NCBI RefSeq assembly: GCF_004343035.1
Contig: NZ_SMCQ01000019.1
Span: 19,833-43,832, forward strand
Source of the DNA: Longibaculum muris
GTDB lineage: Bacteria > Bacillota_I > Bacilli_A > Erysipelotrichales > Coprobacillaceae
Length of the DNA stretch: 24,000 nucleotides
Direction of reading: 5' to 3'
The position numbers and the translations under genes were made by a program. Shown here one piece after another: positions 16,691-24,000 of the stretch (the first letter of the stretch is position 1; the number at the start of each line of letters is the position of its first letter). The notes under the pieces were generated by a model that saw only the letters and a list, made by a program, of their open reading frames with translations, did no database searches and had not been told where the DNA came from.

Positions 16691-17615
16691 AAACAAGAAA
16701 TAATGCAACAATCAGAGGAATCGTAACAACAGATAATAATGTTGTCATAAAAACAGTTTTTGCTGCTAAAGAAATATCCCCATCATATTCAGTTGCAAAC
16801 AATACAGCACTATTGGCAACTGGCATTGATATCATAATTAAAGTAATACCTAATATTAATGGATCACTAATAAACATATTTAAAATTGGATAAGCAATAA
16901 TAGGGACAATAACCTGTTTAATAATTGTATAAGGATATATACGTAATTCACTAAAAACTTCTTTTAATGGAATATTGGCAAGTGTTGAGCCAATCAGAAG
17001 CATTGCCATTGGTGTTGTAATATCTCCTACCATTGTTATTGTGGAGGCTAAAACATGAGGAACATGAATACCTGTAAAATATATTAGTAAAGCAACCAAT
17101 GAAGCAACAACTCCAGGTGATAATAAATTTTTTGGATCAAGTTTCACTTTTTGCCCTGTTCCATAATTCATAATCATAACGCCACCAGTAAAAACAAATA
17201 AATTAAATATCATATTAAATATTGCAGTAAAAAAAACTGCTTCATTTCCAAATATTGCTTTCATTACAGGAAATCCCATAAACCCAATATTAGAAAACAC
17301 TGTCATAAATATGTATAACCCTTGTTGTGGTAAAGGGACTCTCATAATCTTAACAATGATATAACCTAAAATTGGCATAATTAAATAAACAGCAAAACCA
17401 ACTAAAAATACAAATAAAATATCATTAAGTCCTTGTGTCACAGTTGTGGACAAAACAGATGAAACAATCATTGCTGGTGTTGTTACTGATAGTAACAATG
17501 TTGTAAGTTTTTTATTTAAATCAACATCTAATAACTTAATCTTAAATAAGAAATACCCCAAAGCAATAACTAAAAACAATTGTATCATCTGCATTAATAT
17601 AACCCGAATATCCAC
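16689..17615 (-). CDS. AEC (auxin efflux carrier) family transporter
   Basis: Multi-TM; FLFKIKLLDVDLNKKLTTLLLSVTTPAMIVSSVL; SNIGFMGFPVMKAIFG; ISMPVANSAVLFATEYDGD. Confidence 0.9.
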   Translation of the reverse strand: MDIRVILMQMIQLFLVIALGYFLFKIKLLDVDLNKKLTTLLLSVTTPAMIVSSVLSTTVTQGLNDILFVFLVGFAVYLIMPILGYIIVKIMRVPLPQQGLYIFMTVFSNIGFMGFPVMKAIFGNEAVFFTAIFNMIFNLFVFTGGVMIMNYGTGQKVKLDPKNLLSPGVVASLVALLIYFTGIHVPHVLASTITMVGDITTPMAMLLIGSTLANIPLKEVFSELRIYPYTIIKQVIVPIIAYPILNMFISDPLILGITLIMISMPVANSAVLFATEYDGDISLAAKTVFMTTLLSVVTIPLIVALFLV

Positions 17616-17626
17616 AACTTATCCCC

Positions 17627-17877
17627 CTAACCTTTTAATCCATTTGCTTGTCTTTCCATATTTTCTACTACAACATCATAGATTTCTCCAAGTGTCGCAG
17701 CATATTCTAAAACCTTCCAAGGTTCATTAGTATGATAATGAATCTTAATTAATTCATCATCACCTACAGCCAATAAACAATCTCCTTGAAAATTTTCAGT
17801 AATATAATCATTAATTTCATCTTCATTTAAGTTTTGACCTTCAATTAATAATTGTGTGTCAAATTTATATTCTAACA

Positions 17878-17878
<1 letters not shown>
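17627..17878 (-). CDS. small stand-alone protein resembling the YloV/FakA (DAK-related) domain
   Basis: LLAVGDDELIKIHYHTNEPWKVLEYAATLGEIYDVVVENMERQ resembles the DDELVKVHVHT..PG.VLEYAL.YGEL..IKIENMREQ region of YloV/FakA; start overlaps the GH1 stop. Confidence 0.75.
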
Positions 17879-19365
<1,487 letters not shown>

Positions 19366-19564
19366 TCATCTTTAAGTTTATTATAATCAAACCAAATATC
19401 CCTGCACATTATTTTCAAAAGATGAAACAACTTTACAATATTAAACCCTTCTTTATTTATTAATTCAACGAATATCAAATAAAATCTAACGGATTTCTAA
19501 TAGATTATATAAATCTCTATTTTATTATTTACGAATAATCAGAAATTTCATCTCATTTCACTTT

Positions 19565-19602
19565 CAAATCGAGGACGATTTGCAGGAATCGGGGACGTTT
19601 TG
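19565..19602. repeat. tandem hairpin-like GC-richer motifs in intergenic region
   Basis: CAAATCG-AGGA-CGATTTG (perfect 7-bp stem) then CAGGAATCG-GGGA-CGTTTTG (degenerate copy). Confidence 0.6.
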
Positions 19603-19685
19603 TACTTGATATACTATTTTATTTCCTAATTTCCTAAATTAATATATTAAGACTATTCTTTTAATTCAGATTCAACGGATTTCAA

Positions 19686-19714
19686 ATAAAAAAAGGACCT
19701 AAGTCCTTAAATTA
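19686..19714 (-). terminator. intrinsic terminator of ROK-PHP operon
   Basis: On - strand AAGGAC-TTAG-GTCCTT followed by TTTTT. Confidence 0.7.
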
Positions 19715-20597
19715 AATGATTACTTTTAAGTTGTTCTTCAATGATATGTTCATCAATAATACAACGACATTCCCCTAATTCAATAGCTGGTTTTGTCTTT
19801 CCATGATAATCACTACCACAAGTTGTCATAATATTGTACTCTTGTCCTTTTTGATAGAAGTATTCTACTGTTTCAGGACTATGATAGTTGCTAAAGCATT
19901 CAACACCATCATAACCAAGTTTCATCATATCATCAAACACTTCAAATTGACCCTTTAAATTGTTACCAGGATGTGCTAAAACAGCTTTTCCCCCATGTTT
20001 ATGAATTAATTCAATCGTTTCTTTTAATGATGGATATTTAATTTCTGTATAACATGGTTTCCCTTGAGCATAAAAATCCCAATAGAAATTAACAAAAGGA
20101 TTATCACTACGACTTCCACCTTCACGATATGGTTTTAATAGTTCATGATCTTTATATTCTTCTTTGCCTAACAAAACTTCTCCAAACATTTCACCTGTAT
20201 AAACTCCATTATCTGACAATGCATCTAAATCTTCTTTTGTTAATTGGAATCCTAAAGCATTTGTTAATTCTAATTTCTTTAATGAACATGCTAATTCTTG
20301 ATTTAAAACATTATCTTCAAGTTTTACAAAATCTTCATCATGATAATCAATACCATATCCTAAAACATGTAAATTAATGCCTTCATAAGTACAATCAATT
20401 TCTACTGCTGGAATATATAATATTCCCTTTTCTTTAGCTACACTTTTTGCTTCATCAATAGCTTTTACACTATTATGATCTGCAATTGCCATAATACGTA
20501 TTCCGGCATCATAACATTTTTCTACTAATTGTGTTGGGGTAAATTCCCCATCATCACTATAAAGTGAATGCATGTGTAAATCAATAAATTTTTCCAT
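19707..20597 (-). CDS. PHP-domain phosphoesterase
   Basis: FIDLHMHSLYSDDGEFTPTQLVEKCYDAGIRIMAIADHNSVKAI; GGKAVLAHPG; TCGSDYHG: metal-binding PHP motifs. Confidence 0.93.
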   Translation of the reverse strand: MEKFIDLHMHSLYSDDGEFTPTQLVEKCYDAGIRIMAIADHNSVKAIDEAKSVAKEKGILYIPAVEIDCTYEGINLHVLGYGIDYHDEDFVKLEDNVLNQELACSLKKLELTNALGFQLTKEDLDALSDNGVYTGEMFGEVLLGKEEYKDHELLKPYREGGSRSDNPFVNFYWDFYAQGKPCYTEIKYPSLKETIELIHKHGGKAVLAHPGNNLKGQFEVFDDMMKLGYDGVECFSNYHSPETVEYFYQKGQEYNIMTTCGSDYHGKTKPAIELGECRCIIDEHIIEEQLKSNHLI

Positions 20598-21603
20598 TGT
20601 TTCTTCCTCCTCTTAAAAATTCATGACCTAATTCTAATAATCCCAAATTCATATATTTTAGAATATCTTCAACAACGACAATATGAGGTAACACTTCTTT
20701 TGATAACATTGTTTTTTGTAGATTTTCTTCAATCTTTTGACTTTCTTCTATCCACGGACAACTAATAACAATTGTTTCTGGATCAACAGTGACTAGTAAT
20801 GTCAAAATAAATATTGTTAATAATTGCAATGTTCCTTCCTTTGTTTTTAAGTATTCAAATTGTTGTTGTTTTGATAATCCTGGTAAAAATGAAAGTTCTC
20901 CAGCCATCCCATGATGTCCACTATGAATATGTCCACCTTGTAAAATACCTACTCCAGATAATTCCTTAAGAGGTTGATAAATCATAGCTAAATCTTTATA
21001 TTCTTGATGTTTAGAATAATATCCCTTAGTAGCAATATTAACATCATTATCAATAATAACTGGAACATGAAATTGAGCTTGTATTTCTTGTTGTATTTGA
21101 CGATTTTTTAAATCTTCTAATCCTCTTACCAAGAAAGATTCATCTAAATAGCCTTGTTCATTTAATATAGCCGGGATAGCTATCATAATGACTTGTATAT
21201 TTTGATATTTTTCAAACATACTATGTATGTTATTTAATAATTCTTGAAAGTTTAATTTCTTTGGTTGTGATTTTTTTTCTTCCAATAAATGATTTTGATA
21301 ATCATAAACTTTCATAATATTATAAATATCATCATATTCTCTAAAGAACGAAATTGTAAGTAACTGACAATAATCAGGATTTAATTCATAACACTTGGCT
21401 TTTCTTCCACCTGTTGATGCAAATTTACTATTCATAACAACTTCTTTAGATTCTATAAGCTCTTGTAAAATATTATGACAAGTCCCCGAACTTAAAGAAG
21501 TCAGTTCAACAATTTGACTTTTTTGACATTGCCCTAATTCATATAATACTTTTAATACTTTTTCTTTATTTGTTTTCCTTAAATTTTGAATTGATTTTTG
21601 CAT
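20581..21603 (-). CDS. ROK-family (NagC/XylR-type) transcriptional regulator
   Basis: HTH (KVLYELGQCQKSQIVELTSLSSGTCHNILQELIES) plus degenerate ROK domain (IMVAIPAI..., PVIIDNDVNIATKGYY, GGHIHSGHHGMAGELSFLP). Track start is 21624 (TTG) with ATG also at 21621; ATG 21603 preceded by GGTGA is my preferred but uncertain start. Confidence 0.82.
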   Translation of the reverse strand: MQKSIQNLRKTNKEKVLKVLYELGQCQKSQIVELTSLSSGTCHNILQELIESKEVVMNSKFASTGGRKAKCYELNPDYCQLLTISFFREYDDIYNIMKVYDYQNHLLEEKKSQPKKLNFQELLNNIHSMFEKYQNIQVIMIAIPAILNEQGYLDESFLVRGLEDLKNRQIQQEIQAQFHVPVIIDNDVNIATKGYYSKHQEYKDLAMIYQPLKELSGVGILQGGHIHSGHHGMAGELSFLPGLSKQQQFEYLKTKEGTLQLLTIFILTLLVTVDPETIVISCPWIEESQKIEENLQKTMLSKEVLPHIVVVEDILKYMNLGLLELGHEFLRGGRNNGKIY

Positions 21604-21704
21604 CAGTTCACCAACTTTCATCAACTATTGACGAAAGAATTATAACCTATTTTAATGCTTATGAATAGTTGTTTTCACATTATGAAAAAAATAATGAAAA
21701 TTTC

Positions 21705-21733
21705 TTGACTTTCCTACCCTTTTAAAACATACT
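21705..21733 (+). promoter_or_regulatory. candidate promoter of mgtE leader
   Basis: TTGACT-17 nt-CATACT, implying a start near 21740. Confidence 0.45.
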
Positions 21734-21752
21734 TTGTATATGTAAGAAAGGA

Positions 21753-21814
21753 TGTGAGATTATGGATAAAGGCAAGCCCAAACCGAATCATTATGATCTC
21801 ACATTAGTGAGATC
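21753..21814 (+). promoter_or_regulatory. mgtE leader with mutually exclusive hairpins (candidate attenuator)
   Basis: A=TGTGAGATTAT (21753-21763) pairs with B=ATGATCTCACA (21793-21803) over 11 bp with one G-U; B core GATCTCAC (21795-21802) pairs with C=GTGAGATC (21807-21814) via ATTA loop. Confidence 0.65.
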
Positions 21815-21821
21815 TTCTTAA
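21762..21821 (+). CDS. putative 19-aa leader peptide MDKGKPKPNHYDLTLVRSS upstream of mgtE
   Basis: ATG GAT AAA GGC AAG CCC AAA CCG AAT CAT TAT GAT CTC ACA TTA GTG AGA TCT TCT TAA; SD-like AAAGGA at about 21746-21751; stop lies at the mgtE SD. Confidence 0.6.
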   Translation: MDKGKPKPNHYDLTLVRSS

Positions 21822-21835
21822 AAAGGAGGTCAATC

Positions 21836-23188
21836 ATGGAAAATAAAACACAAATTCAATTAGAAAAATTATTACAAGCCCTAGTTAAACATGATACTAA
21901 GGAAATTGATGATATTTATGAACATGTACAAACAATTGACTTAGCGCAAGAGATTGAAGAATTAGAGGATAATCAGTTAGAATATTTATGTAATCATATT
22001 GATGATGAAAAACTAGCTGAAATTTTAGAAGAATCTGATGAAGAATTACAAGCTGATATTATTGATTGTTTGCATAATCAACGTATTTTAAGATTATTTA
22101 ATTTTATTCCTAAAGATACTATTGTTGATATTTTAGGAGAATTACCTATTGGGAAACGTAAACAATTAATAACATTAATGAAAGCTGATGATCAAAGAGT
22201 CATTGAACAATTATTAGGCTATGAAGATGATAGTGCTGGTGGTTTAATGACCACGGAGTATATTGCTTTAAATGCCCAATTAACAGTTGTCAATGCATTA
22301 ATGAAAATTAAAGAGATTGGTCCTAAGACTGAAGTTATTGAAACAATTTTTGTTTTAAATCATAAAAAACAATTGATTGGGACAGCAGACTTAAGAGATA
22401 TCTTGGTTTCTGAAGAAAATACAACTTTAGAAGATATTATGGATGATCAAGTGATTTATGTTTATCCTGAAACTGACCAGGAAGAAGTTTCTTTGTTAGT
22501 GTCTAAATATGACTTAACAACTATTCCGGTTGTCAGTAAGACGAAAGCTATGTTAGGAATTATCACTGTTGATGATATCATTGACGTTATTCAAGAAGAA
22601 CATACTGAAGATATGTTACAAATGCATGGTGTAAGTAAAGAAGAATCATTAGACTCAACTTTATTTGAATCAATTAAAATGCGTTTACCTTGGCTCATTG
22701 TTAATCTTGTAACAGCATTTTTAGCATCATTTACTGTTAAAATGTTTGAAAGTACTATTGAACAAATAGTTGCATTGTCTGCCACTATGACAATTGTAAC
22801 CGGAATGGGCGGGAATGCTGGTAGTCAAACTTTATCTATTATGATTAGAAGTATTGCCTTAGGTGAAGTTCATTTTAAAGATTGTTTGCCTGCGCTTATT
22901 AAAGAAATCTTTTTAGGTGTGATTAATGGTTTTGTGACTGGAGCTATTACTGGTGTTATTGTTTATATTTTATATGGTAATTTCTATTTAGGTATTATTA
23001 TATGTATTGCAATGGTTGGAAATTTAGTGGTTTCTGGATTCTTTGGTTTCTTGATTCCTGTTGCTTTAAAAGCTGTTCATGCTGATCCAGCACTTGCTTC
23101 ATCAATCTTTTTAACAACTGCAACTGATGTTTTAGGATTCTTTATATTTCTAGAACTGGCAAATATCTTTTTACCCGTTTTACTATAA
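21836..23188 (+). CDS. mgtE: magnesium transporter MgtE
   Basis: MgtE N domain, CBS pair (MTTEYIALNAQLTVVNALMKI...TTIPVVSKTKAMLGIITVDDIIDVI), TM domain MTIVTGMGGNAGSQTLSIMIR. SD AAAGGAGGT. Confidence 0.97.
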   Translation: MENKTQIQLEKLLQALVKHDTKEIDDIYEHVQTIDLAQEIEELEDNQLEYLCNHIDDEKLAEILEESDEELQADIIDCLHNQRILRLFNFIPKDTIVDILGELPIGKRKQLITLMKADDQRVIEQLLGYEDDSAGGLMTTEYIALNAQLTVVNALMKIKEIGPKTEVIETIFVLNHKKQLIGTADLRDILVSEENTTLEDIMDDQVIYVYPETDQEEVSLLVSKYDLTTIPVVSKTKAMLGIITVDDIIDVIQEEHTEDMLQMHGVSKEESLDSTLFESIKMRLPWLIVNLVTAFLASFTVKMFESTIEQIVALSATMTIVTGMGGNAGSQTLSIMIRSIALGEVHFKDCLPALIKEIFLGVINGFVTGAITGVIVYILYGNFYLGIIICIAMVGNLVVSGFFGFLIPVALKAVHADPALASSIFLTTATDVLGFFIFLELANIFLPVLL

Positions 23189-23191
23189 ATC

Positions 23192-23217
23192 AAAAGCGAC
23201 ATGACGTCGCTTTTTTT
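23192..23217. terminator. bidirectional terminator between mgtE and deoC
   Basis: AAAAGCGAC-ATGAC-GTCGCTTTTTTT. Confidence 0.85.
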
Positions 23218-23890
23218 ATAATTCTTTATCATATCCTTCTAAAATAGCAAATGAACTACTTGTTCCAATTCTTTGAGCACCTGCTTCAATCATTTTCTTG
23301 CATAATTGCCAATCCCTAATACCACCAGCAGCCTTCACTTTTACACTATCCCCTACTACACTTTTCATAAGTTTCACATCTTCTACCATCGCTCCACTAA
23401 TACCAAAGCCTGTACTTGTCTTAATATAATCAGGTCGAACTTCCTTAGCAATCATAGCTAATTGACGAATTTCATCTTTTTCTAAATAACAATTTTCAAA
23501 GATAACCTTAGAAATAACATTATTTTCTTTACAGATAGATACAATACTTTCCATTTCTTTTTTAATATAATCCCAATCATGCATTCTTGCTTTTCCAATA
23601 TTAATAACATAATCAATTTCATCAGCACCATCTTCAATTGCTTGCTTTGTTTCCGCTAACTTAATATCTAAAGTTGTTTGTCCTAATGGAAATGAAATAG
23701 CTGCACCCACATGAATATCAGTTCCTTCTAATTGTTGTTTACAAAACTTTACAGCAACACTATTAATTGCTACCATTGCTGCTCCTAATTCTTTTGCTTC
23801 ATCACATAATTTAATAAAATCTTCTTTTGTTGCATATGGTTTTAATAAAGTATGATCAAACATTTTTGCAAGTTCTTTTCTTGTTATCAT
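23216..23890 (-). CDS. deoC: deoxyribose-phosphate aldolase
   Basis: FDHTLLKPYATKEDF, VAAMV-type core (MVAINSVAVKFC), GAAISFPLGQTTLDIKLAE, DEIDYVINIG, VIFENCYL, YIKTSTGF, VKAAGGIRDW. Confidence 0.97.
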   Translation of the reverse strand: MITRKELAKMFDHTLLKPYATKEDFIKLCDEAKELGAAMVAINSVAVKFCKQQLEGTDIHVGAAISFPLGQTTLDIKLAETKQAIEDGADEIDYVINIGKARMHDWDYIKKEMESIVSICKENNVISKVIFENCYLEKDEIRQLAMIAKEVRPDYIKTSTGFGISGAMVEDVKLMKSVVGDSVKVKAAGGIRDWQLCKKMIEAGAQRIGTSSSFAILEGYDKEL

Positions 23891-24000
23891 TTTATATCTC
23901 CTTTACATGCCTGTATTTATATTATCTATTTTACATAATTTTTATCATATTTAAAAGTGATTAACACTAAACATGAAAACTTTTTAAGAATCAATAATTT

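Noticed and set aside
17446-17730. 94-aa + strand ORF
   Set aside because: Antisense across the AEC and YloV-like genes.
20129-20377. 82-aa + strand Leu/His-rich ORF
   Set aside because: Antisense shadow of the PHP gene.
21660-21836. M-box (ykoK) Mg2+ riboswitch upstream of mgtE
   Set aside because: The predicted leader is only about 95 nt and I cannot find the conserved M-box core segments; the uORF/hairpin layout explains the sequence better. An Infernal scan against the M-box model would settle this.
22591-22785. 64-aa - strand ORF
   Set aside because: Antisense shadow of mgtE.

Overview
AT-rich, low-GC Firmicutes-type chromosomal window (Erysipelotrichia-like by gene feel, not verified), mostly housekeeping and metabolic genes. 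Left to right: an edge-truncated Clp AAA+ ATPase (absent from the supplied ORF track), class B sortase, YchF GTPase, PAP2 phosphatase, MarR regulator + DegV protein, AEC transporter, MATE transporter + Cys-rich MarR regulator, a folD/DUF951/GNAT/YjbQ cluster, CDF metal transporter, a membrane protein, FAD-dependent oxidoreductase, a 779-codon SUKH-like + LRR protein, a GH1 / 83-aa DAK-YloV-like / AEC cluster, ROK regulator + PHP phosphoesterase, MgtE Mg2+ transporter, and deoC. I see no rRNA, tRNA, CRISPR, prophage or intact mobile element. The strongest candidate for something undescribed is the mgtE leader (about 21740-21835): a 19-codon uORF encoding MDKGKPKPNHYDLTLVRSS, with its own Shine-Dalgarno, is interwoven with two mutually exclusive RNA hairpins. 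The layout is analogous to the proline-rich MgtL leader peptide of enterobacterial mgtA but sits in front of an unrelated Mg2+ transporter. Other points: a perfect 20-bp palindrome in the MarR-DegV promoter, a 17-bp-arm inverted repeat overlapping the -35 of the FAD oxidoreductase promoter, an M-domain-less Clp ATPase, the orphan SUKH/LRR protein, and a stand-alone FakA/YloV-like domain protein next to a phospho-beta-glucosidase.
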